NCBI RefSeq assembly: GCF_000400465.1
Contig: NW_008806275.1
Span: 588,156-650,155, forward strand
From: Wallemia ichthyophaga EXF-994
Lineage: Eukaryota > Fungi > Basidiomycota
DNA: 62,000 nt
Direction of reading: 5' to 3'
The stretch's first letter is position 1, and each line of letters begins with the position of its first letter. A program made the translations under genes and the position numbers. Shown one piece after another: positions 37,369 to 49,500 of the stretch. Under the pieces are notes generated by a model, which saw only the letters and a program-made list of their open reading frames with translations, made no database searches and had not been told where the DNA came from.

Positions 37369-38813
37369 TCAGCTCATGTCTGGCGTCGACATGTGCGACA
37401 CTTGGAACGAGGACTGCGAGGGAGATCGCGAGTCATGGGTGTGCGAGTCATTGCCGTGGATTGAGAAAGCCCTCGAAATCTCTGCCATGGCTTCTGGATC
37501 TGGATGGTTGGAATCGTGATGATAGGAATCACCAACAATCCTGTCATTTTGTCTCTTGTTGATGAACTGAAGTCCCTGGCCGTTGTCATTGTTGGCTGCT
37601 TGGGATGTCGCAAAGTCAACCAGACTGGCTAAATGTTGGGAAGATGAGTCGTCATGACTGTTGGTTTCGTTACTAGCAAATTGCAGATCAAACAGACTGG
37701 GTTTGATGTCTAGGTCTATCGAAGAGGGTTCGGTGGCTTGGAAGTGTTGCTGTTGCAGTGCAGCGGCGGCAGCGGCGGCAGCCTGAGCGTCTGCTTCTGA
37801 AGAGGACGTGCCAACGCCGAGGGCTATGAGATGTGAGTTGATGTGAAAATCTCCAAAAAAGCCAGACACAGCCAGTGAAACTCACAATTGTAATCATCAT
37901 TCTTGCTACTCGTCGCCTTCTTCTTGGAGCGCTTCTTAGCTGGACTGTTAGCCGCAACAGTAGTGCTCCTGCGTTTGCCCTGGAAAGGTCGTGGTGGTAT
38001 CGCGGGCTTTCCATCAGTTCTATAGATGGTGATGTTGTGTGGGTCCTCGAGTAAAAGCCTTAGAACGGCGTATAATTGGTGATTTGTCCAGCCACCAATG
38101 GCAGTAGGTGGCAAACCATCAGGCCAGCCGGATATATCGCAGCCATGCGGCTCAAGCCAGATTGAAGGGCTGGCGGTAAAACCATTGGGAAGTCTTCCAT
38201 AGGCTTCTCCAGACGCCTGACCAATCCCAGCTTCAGATATCTTTTGCAAGAGGATTCTAGAGATATGCGACTGCAACACGGCTTGGCCGGTGGTCATTAC
38301 GATACCATGGAATTCATCGAGATACCTCTTATCTTCGTCGACCTCAGACTTATCGCGCAACAAGGCATACTTGCCCTTAGTGGATTTGCTGATTTCGTCA
38401 CGCATCCGAGGAGCGCGGGCTTTACGGGGGGCTCTGCCGTCGTCGTCGATGCCCCTGCTCTTTCTAGGCCTTCCGGGGCCTCTCTTACGCGGGAGATCAT
38501 CGTCCTCCTGGTAGTAATCAGAGTGATCGTCGTCGTTGGAGAGAGAAGGCGGGTTGTTGTTCTGGTGCTGCTGGGCTTGATTGAGAAGGCTGGTGACATG
38601 ATCGTGGTTAAAATCAGTGGTATCAGTGGAGTTGTGGGAGCTGTCGTGAGTGCTGTCGTGTGTTCCATTGACGCCATCCACATGCTGTGACTGTGATTGG
38701 ACAAACTTCAATGCGAGCTCGAGATTTGCATTTGCCTCCTCAGTGTTGATTTGGTTGTCAAGGCTATTAGCGTCGTAATTAAGGAAGCTGTTGCTGTTAT
38801 CGTGATTGTTCAT
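37369..38813 (-). CDS. AT-hook hypothetical nuclear protein
   Basis: PRKRGPGRPRKSR AT-hook, a central globular segment, an NLS-like PAKKRSKKK, and an in-frame GTGAGT...CTCATAG intron joining the two ORFs. Confidence 0.65.
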
Positions 38814-39160
38814 TTTATTTTTATTTTTATTCTAATTAAAAATCAGATATCCTGCTTCCACGGCTGGATCACACGTATGGTTAGTGTCGAAGGAGCATTT
38901 TAAATTTTGCTTTCCGTTGTAGAGGTGGGTGGGTGTTGTCGGTGGTAATGTATCTGCGCTCTACAAAAACACATCTCTCCCACTCCCACTGCTCTACAAA
39001 TCCATTCCTGTGAAATTTAGCACCCCTTATGAGAACCCCACCAATCCATCCGATATTCTCATTTCTGTACTCCTCGTTAGATTCTGTACTTGAATATGTA
39101 ATAAATCTCTCCCCATCTCCAATTCTCGTCATCAGCGTGTTTCTCTGCGTCTCAACCACC

Positions 39161-40552
39161 ATGTCCTCCGAGATAACACCATCGGTTACAACCGCGCAGG
39201 AGTATATCAAACAGCAGGAGCAGCTAGAAGCCGAAGCGAGGGAGCTTCTACCATTCAAAGCTGATCTCTGCACGCAAGACTACGACAAGAACGAGACTGG
39301 CAAGCCTCTCCGCCAGGCCGTATACCTTTGCAAGACGTGTGGATTCGATAAGGGGATCTGCGTGGGCTGTTCAATAATCTGCCATTCAGGTGCGTGACTC
39401 TTCTACGCGTCAGCTCGCCTTCACGCGTCCTTGTCATACTCACATACGCCAGACCATGACATGCTAGAGCTCTTCCCCAAGCGTTCCTTCGTGTGTGACT
39501 GCCCTACCCCGCGATTCGCGCAGGAGTGCAATCTCAAGAAACTCAAGACGACATATGACGCCGCGCCTAATGTGTACAATCACAACTTCCAGCGGCGATT
39601 CTGCGCATGTGATGAGATTTACGAGCCCGAGGAATGCGAGCAGGATATGTACCAGTGCGCTAGCTGCGAGGACTGGTTTCATGAGATATGCCTCAATCTC
39701 AGAGATACACACTCCGAACACAAGACTCATAACGACGATAACGACGATAACGAGGACGCTGGTCCGGCTCTGCGCCTCCCTCGGTCTCAATTCGATACTT
39801 TTGTGTGTTCGGAGTGTGTGCTGACACGCGATTTGGATCTGTTGAGGAGATATGCTGGCACACCGGGATTCGTTCTGCTCGAGACTATGGAAGGGGGTGG
39901 ATCACAGGTGGATGAGAGCAAGACGAGTGATGAGCGCGACACAGGCGACAGCGCAATCCCGCTTAAATTTTCAAACAAAAGGGAGCATTCACAGGAAGCT
40001 ACGCAAGAAGAAAGCGAGGCTAAGCGCGTCAAGATGGATGAGCAGGGAGAGCAAGAAAAACAAGCAGCAATTCCAACACTTGCAACACAACAATGCCACG
40101 CACCCAAACCACAGCACGCGTCTCAACAATTAATAGAAAAACTACGCGCAAATCCACCGCCACGACCACCATCAAAAGCAGCGCGCGCCGACATGTTTCT
40201 GCTGCACGGGTGGCGGGAGAAGTGGTGCAAGTGTGCGAGCTGCTTGAAAGAGCTATCGCAGCATCCGTGGATGATAAGTGAAGAAGCGACGTATGAGCCC
40301 GCGGAAGAGGAGCAGCCTGAGAAAACACTACTGGAGCTAGGCACGGAAGCGCTCAACTCACTCCCACGCGAGAAAGCGCTTGATGGGGTGAAGGCTTATG
40401 AGAAAATGTCTTCCTCTGTCAAAGACTTTCTCAAACCTTTCGCTCAGTCGGGTAGAACCGTTGAGGCGGAGGATGTGAATGGCTTTTTTCAACAGCAGCA
40501 GCAGCAGCAGCAGCAGAATATGAATGGGAATGGGAAGGAGGATGAGCAGTGA
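39161..40552 (+). CDS. UBR7/Mlo2-like UBR-box + PHD E3 ligase
   Basis: RQAVYLCKTC...GICVGCSIICH..H...ELFPKRSFVCDC, FCACDE.Y...MYQCASCEDWFHE.C, W..KWCKC..C. Confidence 0.88.
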
Positions 40553-40602
40553 ACTAGTGAAAATTGTACTACGAAATATTCTTGTTAAGCACTATCAACA
40601 AC

Positions 40603-41655
40603 ATGAACACGTCTCGACGCGATTTGTACGCAGAGGAGAGGCGGGAAGGAGAGGCGCATGGTGCGGACGGCGTGGAAGGCGCTAACAGCGTCAACAACGA
40701 GGCACAGGCTATGCTCGACCGGATCATGTCTGCGGGCTGGTCGAATGCGAGTGCGACTGCACCTACGAACAAGGTGGATGAGGGTATGAACACCGATACA
40801 GACACGCTCACAAACATGGACGAGAAAGTACACACATTTAAGCTGCTTTCGAATGCGCCCGTCACGCAGATAAACGTCAACGAAGGGAGTGAAGGCGACG
40901 GGAGTGGGGAGTATGATGTAGCAGTGCGGGAGCACAACGAGCGCATGCGCCGCCAGCGTCAGTCGTCACCGCCCGCAGAGGATGTGCGCGGCCGGTTAGC
41001 GCAGCTGTCGAGCATAGCCGTGGATGGTGAGTGGGTCGAGCAGCAGCGCAGTGTGTATTGGCAGCCGCTGCGTAGAGCGATAAATAGGAGTAGGAGGAGT
41101 ACGCAGTCACTCACCAACCCCGCTCCTTCGCTAGCACTAGCCAAGACGGACATAGACGACGAAGAGAAGCTCACTGATAAGCAGGGTCGCGTGCACACTC
41201 CAAGTGTTGAGCAGATTGCTCTTGCACCCTCGCCCGCTACCGCTCAGCTCAACTCAACTCGCAGAAAACAGTATCAGAAAAGGGGTGGGATAGATAAAGT
41301 CAGAAGAATGCGCTCCCCGCCTGCCTTCTTCGCTGCTACACCCGACCAGTGCAAGTATGCAGCGTCGGCGGCTTACTTCTACGGCAAACCATCTTCACGG
41401 CCGTTTAACAGACCAGCGGGCTGCCAGAGGAAGTATGTGCGCGGAGATAGCAGGGGCATCACAGCGGGGGCTGAGTACAAACGAAAGGAGGAAGCGGAGC
41501 GTTTGGCACATAGGGCAACTGTGGCGGAGGAGAAGGCTAAGGCGAAGGATAGGAAGAGAGTGGAGGGTAGAGGCACAGGTAGAGGAGACACATTAGGAGT
41601 TAGCAGGGTTGGAGCTGTTGGAGCTGCTGCAGCCACTGGAGCGAATGCGGCGTGA
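40603..41655 (+). CDS. Hypothetical protein, possibly DUF2011-like
   Basis: Intronless 350-aa ORF with coding-like composition. The F.L.S...I and AVDG.WV...W segments recall DUF2011 (from memory, unverified). Confidence 0.55.
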   Translation: MNTSRRDLYAEERREGEAHGADGVEGANSVNNEAQAMLDRIMSAGWSNASATAPTNKVDEGMNTDTDTLTNMDEKVHTFKLLSNAPVTQINVNEGSEGDGSGEYDVAVREHNERMRRQRQSSPPAEDVRGRLAQLSSIAVDGEWVEQQRSVYWQPLRRAINRSRRSTQSLTNPAPSLALAKTDIDDEEKLTDKQGRVHTPSVEQIALAPSPATAQLNSTRRKQYQKRGGIDKVRRMRSPPAFFAATPDQCKYAASAAYFYGKPSSRPFNRPAGCQRKYVRGDSRGITAGAEYKRKEEAERLAHRATVAEEKAKAKDRKRVEGRGTGRGDTLGVSRVGAVGAAAATGANAA

Positions 41656-41820
41656 TAAAACGCTATAACTACTCACAATACATACAACTTATTTTGCACT
41701 AAGAACGATACACCCGGCACACCCCTTTTAATGTCATTGGTTGTGAATTTGAACGTACAAATAAGAAAGTACCCAATAGAACAAGCTTCGTGAGCAGATA
41801 GAGCCACCGAAAAAAGGACT

Positions 41821-42301
41821 TTAACGGTAAGATTTTTGGGTACGAGCACGAGCACCTGGCTGTGTGGAGCAGAGTTAGAGTACCACCACAATAGAAAATA
41901 ATACCACTCACACCACCGAACTTCTTTGGCTCGCAGCGACGTGGGTCAGCAACGAGGAGAGTTCTGTCGTATGAGACAAGAGTCTTCTTCAAGTCGAGGG
42001 CTGAGGCAGCATCGAAGTTCTTTGCGTAGAAAGCGACGAGGGCCTTAGAGATGGCTTGACGGATGGCGTAGATTTGAGAGGTAACACCACCACCGTTGAC
42101 TCTGACTCTGATGTCGACTGGAGAGAACTTGGATTCACCAACGACGAGAACTGGCTCGTAAACCTTGTATCTTAAGATTTCAGGTTGAACGAGTTGGATT
42201 GGAGAGCCATTCACTCTGATCAAACCCTTTCCAGAGACGCAAGTTGCGACAGCGGTGGCTGTCTTCTTCTTACCGAAGGTTTGAACTTGGCCGTTTGACA
42301 T
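41821..42301 (-). CDS. RPS16: 40S ribosomal protein S16 (uS9)
   Basis: [45 protein letters not shown]|[12 protein letters not shown]. Confidence 0.97.
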
Positions 42302-42792
42302 TCTGAGGCTTGTTAGCGGGGGCGGCGAGAGTGTGGTGACGTATATGGGAATAGAAGGGTGTGCTGCGTGGGTGCTATCTGCGTGCGTTTTGCCTCGTGC
42401 ACACTGCCATGAAAAACTTTTCGAAAAAACAAGCGAGTGGTTTGAGCTTTAAATGACTTGCCTGTGGATTCAAACGAAGTAAATGTGTCGCTTGCACACA
42501 GCATCCACGCCTCGTTCAAGTCGCTGCCTTCTCTTGTGCTATAAGGGCAGCACCAACGAATCCAGAGCCAGAGGAGCAGCAGCAGTAAACCATCCAAGCA
42601 ATCCACGCATCATACACCCATTCTACTGCCATATACGCCCGAGTAAATTCACCCACTTTAACGCTGCTCAAGGAGAAGAAGCCGCCGAGCGCCAAAAATC
42701 ATCGCCCAGTTCAGATTTTAAAAATAATTTTAAACGATAAAATGAATGAATGTATATGTACAAATATGGATAAATAACAAATATATTCCAAT

Positions 42793-43367
42793 CTAACTGC
42801 GAGAATAATCTCTTCTGGGATCTGTAGCTCTTCTACGTGGTGAGCTTTCTCGGTCGCGGTGAGCGTATCTATCGTTATCTCTGTGTCTATCTCTCAGCGT
42901 CTGGATGGACATCTTGGACATATCGACATTCACTCTAACCTCGTCGATGATGCCATTATCCATGAAATCACAAGCGTCTTCTGCATCTTCGACGTGCTCG
43001 TAGAAAATAAACGCATAACCCATATGAGTGTTTATCTTCCTCGCTCTAGCCAGCTCTACGTGGATTATCTTCCCATAAGCATCGAATATCTCCTCTAGGT
43101 GCTCTACGGCTACGTTTTTAGTGAGGTTACGCACGCAGACGCATTTCAGACCACGAGGGGTGGCGGCTGGTGATCTACTCATGCTTCTGCTGTCCCTGCT
43201 TCTACTCAGTGATGGTGATCGTGAGCGTGAGGCTGAGTGACTTGTAGAGCGTGCGTGTGCTTCTCCTTCACCTGCAGAACGCGTTAGTTGGCTCCAAACA
43301 CACCCACACACCTACCATATCCACTCGATGTTTTCCGCGCTGTCGATCTTCCTCTCTCTGCCATCAT
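42793..43367 (-). CDS. RNPS1-like Ser/Arg-rich RRM protein
   Basis: SR-rich N-terminus, RRM (VCVRNLTKNV..EHLEEIF..YG...GYAFIFY....DAEDACDFMDNGIID), Arg-rich tail. One intron. Confidence 0.8.
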
Positions 43368-43500
43368 CACTGGTATAAATCAACGTTGATTAAATGAATT
43401 CAAGGTACAAATTTATAATATCTATAACCTGTCATCATTTCTTACACGCTGCAGTGACCTCAGCCACCTCGACGACGCGTCTAATCCTCATGTTACGCGT
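43279..43500. promoter_or_regulatory. Three MCB-type ACGCGT elements around the PRI1 start
   Basis: ACGCGT at 43279-43284, 43475-43480 and 43495-43500. Function is inferred from the G1/S regulation of replication genes. Confidence 0.4.
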
Positions 43501-44795
43501 GCATACTACGAGCGCCTATATCCATTCAAGCAGATGTACCAATTCTACAATGGCGACATAGGTGAGCGGATTCCTATTACTCTGCTCTTCCTTCTCACTG
43601 TTCTCAGTCCCCACCCGCCAATTCACAAACCGCGAATTCGCCTTCACCGTCAAAGACGACATATATCTCCGCTATCTTTCATTCTCTACCTGGGATGACT
43701 GGAAGAAGGAGACACTCCGACTCAATCCGAGTAGATTCGAAATAGGTGCCGTATACACGGCTAGAGTGGGTTGTGATGGTGTTCCTAAATCAAACTCACA
43801 CACACAAGCCACGCGATAAGAAATCTCTCGCTCCGTCCGCCTTCAAGACAAAAGAGCGCGAGTTGGTATTCGATATTGATATGACAGACTACGACGACAT
43901 ACGCACATGCGCAGCTGGCAAAGATATATGTCAGCAGTGCTGGGGGTTTGTAGTGGCAGCCATGCGCGTTCTCGACACTGTCCTGCGACAGGACTTCGGT
44001 TACAAGCACCTGCTATGGGTGTTCTCAGGGCGCAGAGGTATCCACTGCTGGGTGTCTGACCCAGCCGCGCGAGCACTGACGGATGAGCAGCGAAAGGCAC
44101 TCGTGGGGTACATAGAGGTGGTCCGTGGGGGTGCGCACCAGGCGAAAAAAGTGCACATATCGCAGAATCTACCCAAAGGCGCACCATGGCACCCCGCCCT
44201 TACGCGCAGCTATGAGGACCTGCAGGCGTGCTTCAAGGACACGGTACTTGAGCAGCAGGACGCCTTCCGTGATGATGCCGGCTGGCGCACTCTCCTCACT
44301 CTCCTCCCCGACCCAGTCATCGCGAAGGAGCTCACTGACAGGTGGACTGCACAGCCCGGTCTTAACTCACATAGGAAATTCGACATGGTGCGCGCGTCTA
44401 TTAAAAAATCAACCGTCGCCGAACATATCTGGAACAGCGCACTGAGAGAGGTCGTCTTACAATACGTATATCCGCGCATCGACACGGAGGTCAGCAAACA
44501 TCAGAACCACCTCCTGAAGGCACCGTTCTGTATACACCCTGGTACTGGCAAGGTGTGTGTGCCGGTAGATGTCAGCCATGCGGAGGATTTTGATCCAAGT
44601 CGCGTACCGACGATTGGACAGCTGCTGCGTGAGCTAGAGTCGTTACCGGCTGTTGCTGGTGCAGATACTGCACTCGACTGGTCGAAAACGTCGCTCGCGC
44701 CATACATCACCATGCTCGAAAAGGAATCTGAACAAATAATGGCGGAAACGAGGCGAGTGAAGAGGGAGGCTAATAGCCGTAGTCTAGATTTTTAA
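43394..44795 (+). CDS. PRI1: DNA primase small (catalytic) subunit
   Basis: YYERLYPF, REFAFT, RFEIGAVY, KERELVFDIDMTDYD, WVFSGRRGIHCWV, YPRIDTEVSKHQNHLLKAPFCIHPGTG. Three introns. Confidence 0.96.
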
Positions 44796-45020
44796 ATCCT
44801 AAAGTTGTTGTGTGCACTTTATACAAAAATTTTATTTGAATTGGATTGGCTGCGATGGGATATTCCACATTGGATTCAGACATAAACGAGATCGATTATA
44901 GGTGAGTGCGGGAGTAGGGATGTGCACGTAGACTAAATGGATATAGGCTGGCTGTATATCGTTATACCTAAGAGTGCGTCGCTGAGTTCTACGCGTTGAA
45001 ATAGCTCACAGCATCACAAG

Positions 45021-46290
45021 ATGAACAAAATGAGTAACACACAGGGCAATCAGGGCACTCAAAGCACCCACGCAGAGCAGACCGCTGAAGTTGGCTGGCA
45101 ATTCGTTACCCAGTGAGTTGTACAGCGTAGTACACTCCCAGCTAACACAGTACACGACTAGATACTACAATTTTGTAAACTCAAAGCCAGACAGCCTGCA
45201 CTACTTCTACAACCAGGACTCCACGCTGATCCACGGCTACGAGGATGGCGATGAGCGTACGTGCTTTGGCCAGAAGGATATAAACGCACGCGTCGCTGAA
45301 ATTGGCTTTGAGAACTGCAAGGTCTTCGTACACTCGCTCGACTCACAGTCTTCTGCCAATGGCGGTATTCTCGTTCAAGTCGTCGGCGAAATGTCAAACA
45401 GGAATGGTCCTTGGAGGAAATTTGCTCAGACGTTTTTCCTCGCAAAACAGCAATCTGGATATTTCGTACTCAACGATATTTTCAGATATCTTCGCGACGA
45501 TGATGAGGTGGATGAGGATAAGCAGGTTGAGGAGAGCAATGATGTTGGCAGCTACCCAATTCAATCTCCAAAGGCTGCTTCTCCTGCTCCAGCGGCCATT
45601 GCTTCTCCAACTCCGCCTGCTGAGCCTGTCGATGACAGGAGCGAGAAGGTGGATGACAAGCTGGATGATAGGAAGGATGTGGCTGCCACTGCTGCTACCT
45701 CCTCAGTGCACTCTGCTGTACAATCTCCTGAGAGAGCTGCCAACGCTCCTAAGACTTGGGCAAATTTAGCTGCAGCTAACTCAAAGAAGTGGGGTCAACT
45801 CTCGCAAGACAAGACATCGCCATCACCCTCACTTCAGCCAGCTACTGCTAGCTCAACTGTTACCTCTCCACGCACTACACGCGCAGACCCCGCGAAACCA
45901 CCAACTCCAGCCCAGCAAAACGTGCAATCAGTATCTCATGCGCTCTGTTTCGTCAAGAACGTCACTGATCAAGTACAAGAACCAGAATTAAGATCAATCC
46001 TGCAGGCTAAATTTGGTTTGATTAGGGATGTTGACGTCGTCAGAAATAAAGCATGTGCCTTTGTCCAGTTCGACAAGATCGAGAGCGCTAAGAAAGCCAT
46101 TATCGCATCCCACAGTAAGGAGCAGGGTGGTGAAGGCGGTGTTAAGATTGCTGCCCAGACTGTACAACTCGAGTCGAGAAAAGAAAAAACAAAGAACAAG
46201 CAACAGCAGAGAAAGAATACTGGTAATAACAACGGCAACGCTCGTTCTAATCAAAACAATCAACAAAATCAATCTAGAAACAAAAAGTAG
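45021..46290 (+). CDS. G3BP/Nxt3/Bre5-like NTF2-RRM protein
   Basis: EVGWQFVT|QYYNF, SSANGGILVQVVGEMSN...KFAQTFFLA.Q..GYFVLNDIFRY, PKTWANLAA, C-terminal RRM. Confidence 0.9.
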
Positions 46291-46550
46291 CATGAGTACA
46301 TTCGTACATTCCTATAATCCACTTATTTACGCATCTTTATTATACATTACGCGGTTTATACTTGAGTGAGGCAAATGCACTTGACCAACGTGGGTGAAAA
46401 TTTTGAGCAGTTTGTGTCAAGTGAAGGGGGAGTGATATTGAAAATGTTTAAATGATATTTAAACATAAGATATGATAATATGTACACACATTTGCACCAT
46501 CTCCTCGCTCCCTTAAATCCCCTTGAACAAGAACGTCCACGGCGATTTAA

Positions 46551-49500
46551 ATGAAGTTTGGAAAGGAGGTGTGTCTGACAATACTCATGTCGTCATATGC
46601 AAACACGGCCCACCTCTCAGATACAATCTAATCAGATTCCGGGATGGTCTCATCAATATCTCGATTACAAGGCGTTGAAGAAGGTGAGACTGGAGATGAG
46701 CGCAAGGAACGCCAGTAACACACCCAGATCATAAATTCCCTCATAAAAGGCAGGCCAAGAGACGCTGGTAGTCTGTCGATTGGGATCAGGCCGGGTGCAT
46801 CGAGCGGAAGCACCAGTAACAACATTAGCAACAGCATCAGCTCCAACACCAGCATATCGATGGAAGATTACCGATCATCTTTCTTCTTCAAGCTGGAGAG
46901 AGAGCTCGAGAAAGTTAGTCCGCCGACTCGCCCATCCAGATTACACAATCTAACGTCACATCACACAGATTAACGGATTCTACCTTGCAAAGGAATCTGA
47001 GCTCAAGATACGCATACAGATACTCATCGATAAAAAGCGGCACAGCAAACGATCGAGCCACGTCGCTCTCGATGAAGGTTTCCAGCACCTCGAACGTCAA
47101 CTTGTCGCTTTGCAGGCTTATGTCGACATCAACGCCACTGGATTTAGAAAGATACTCAAGAAATGGGATAAGCGGTCTAAATCTAATACCAAGGAGCTCT
47201 ATCTGGCCAGGCAGGTGGACGTACAGCCTGTGTTCAACAGGGAAGTACTCGCAGAGCTATCCAACGTAGTTGCAACGAACCTCATTGATCTTGAGAATGC
47301 ACAAGACCCCGATCAGCACACTGAGAATATGTCTATCGACAGCTACAGCGATGTCGAGAATATGGTTATAAAGCTACTTAAAAAGGGAAACACAGCCGGT
47401 TTAATGAGCTTGCTGCAGAATCACAAGGGACTGAGATTGACGTGGGAGTGTCTCGTCTATGCCGCTCGAGAGGACGAGATGGACGCGTTGACACAGCTAG
47501 CGCAGATTGAATGGAGCTATGTCGATGATATCAATAACCGCACCTGTCTCCACAAAGCTGCTATAGTTGGCAATCTTGCGCTTGTTCGCCTCGCTTTACA
47601 GCATGCGGTGGATCCAAGCAGCTTAGACATATTCGGACGGAACAGCATCCACTACGCCGCACTTAATGGACACGACGTAGTACTCGACCATCTTCTCCAC
47701 CTGAACTCTATCGATTCGAGGAGGGCGGATTACGACGGCTACACGCCATCGCTGTACACAATTGTCAATGGACATGATGAGTGTTTGAGGCTGCTAGTCA
47801 GCCAGCTTTCTTCACCTGCCCCGTCCAGCCTCCATCCACTATGTCTGGCTGCGCAGTACGGACACCAGTCCATCGTTCGGACGCTGCTCCAGCTGTCCAA
47901 AGACGACATTGGACCGAACGCCGAGGGTCTATTCGCTCACCACTTGGCAGCGAGAGGCGGACATGCAGATATATGTCGCCTGCTAGCGAAAGAGGGCGGC
48001 GAGAAGCAGGGAGGGCTGCATATCCAAGACAAGTATTCAGCGTGGACGCCGTTGATGCATGCTGCCGACGGGGGGCATTTAGAGTGCGTTAACGTTCTCC
48101 TCAGTTTCGGCTGCGATGAATGGGTGGTAGACGAGAATGACAATACAGCCGTCTTCTACGCCGCATGGAACGGACACATGGAGTGTGTGGATGCGCTGAT
48201 GCGCGCCAAGGTAGCCAGCGGGGAAGATGCGCGGGTGGTGGCGGGATCGACGGCGAAGACGGAGGTCAGCGACATCGAACAACAACGACAAGGAGGAGAT
48301 ATGGATGAGATACCCACACTTGCACTCCCACCACCTATGATGCCTTTGCGGATCTACGGCCACAATTACCTCCTCAAGCGCAGCCTCCTCAAGGTGGTTC
48401 TCCCCCCTCTGCCGATCAGGCTGAGCGAAAACGGCAGTGGCGACGAGTTGCGCTGGTCGTCACTCAAGCTAATCGTGATGCAGAAACCAGACACACTTAA
48501 TGCACCCCACCACCTCATCCTCCCGTTGCAGAAACAAAGCGGGGAGTCGCATACTCACACTCACACTCACACTCACACTCACACGCACTCGCACACTGAG
48601 TTCACATTCCAGATGGAAGACGGTCGCGAACACAGCCTCGACTTCGCCATTTATCCAGGCTTCGGGAGCGTCGTGATGGGAAGGGCGGTCGCGCTGCCGG
48701 AGGTGCTGATGCGGCCGTGCGTGCAACGCCACACGCTCGCGATGCTCGATAGCCGGTTACACACGGTCGGTCGTATCGCCTTCTCAACCTTCCTCGTCAC
48801 GCCCTACGCTGGGCTGGAAGCGGAGAGTGCGAATGTGAACGCTTACTGGAAGTCAACGACGAATGTGAGCGGAGCACATGCGCATACGCACGAGAAGGAG
48901 AAGGAGAAGGCGGATAAAGCGGGCACTGGGAAGAGAGACTCGCCGATGCTTTCGCCCAACTACCAAAGCGGTGATAACGATAACGATAATGATGGCGACG
49001 GACAGGGGGATGGGGGCGCCACTGTAATTACTTCGTCGTCACTTCCAGATACGTTCGCGCGTGTGCGGGTGTGTTCGAGTAAAGATGGCAGGGCTGTAGT
49101 TGCACAGGCGGACAATTTGTCTCTCTTGCTGCCCCTAGCACTGCCCGGTGCGCAAGTGAAGGATTTCTCACTCAACGATCTGTGCACTCTCGCCAGAGAG
49201 TACCAAGTAGATGCGGAGGGAATGGGGAGCGAGGCGAAACTTACAGCTTTAGAGGAGTTGCTGAGGGTGAGTCGCAAATGCGTTTGGGTTGTTGCTGTTG
49301 GACTGAGCTAACGCGCATTTATTCACGCCAGATACTCGACACTAAAACGCACATCTTGCTCGATATACGTAATGAAACGGCAGGGAACACGAACAAACTC
49401 GTCGATGATATACTCAATCATTCGTATCGCACGGCATCATCATCCACCCGTCACATCGCTTTCGTCACCGCTGACACGGAAATAGCAGTGTGTCTGCAGT

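Noticed and set aside
46385-46394. CACGTT (Pho4-like site) upstream of PHO81
   Set aside because: A single low-affinity hexamer is expected by chance, so it is not supportable alone.
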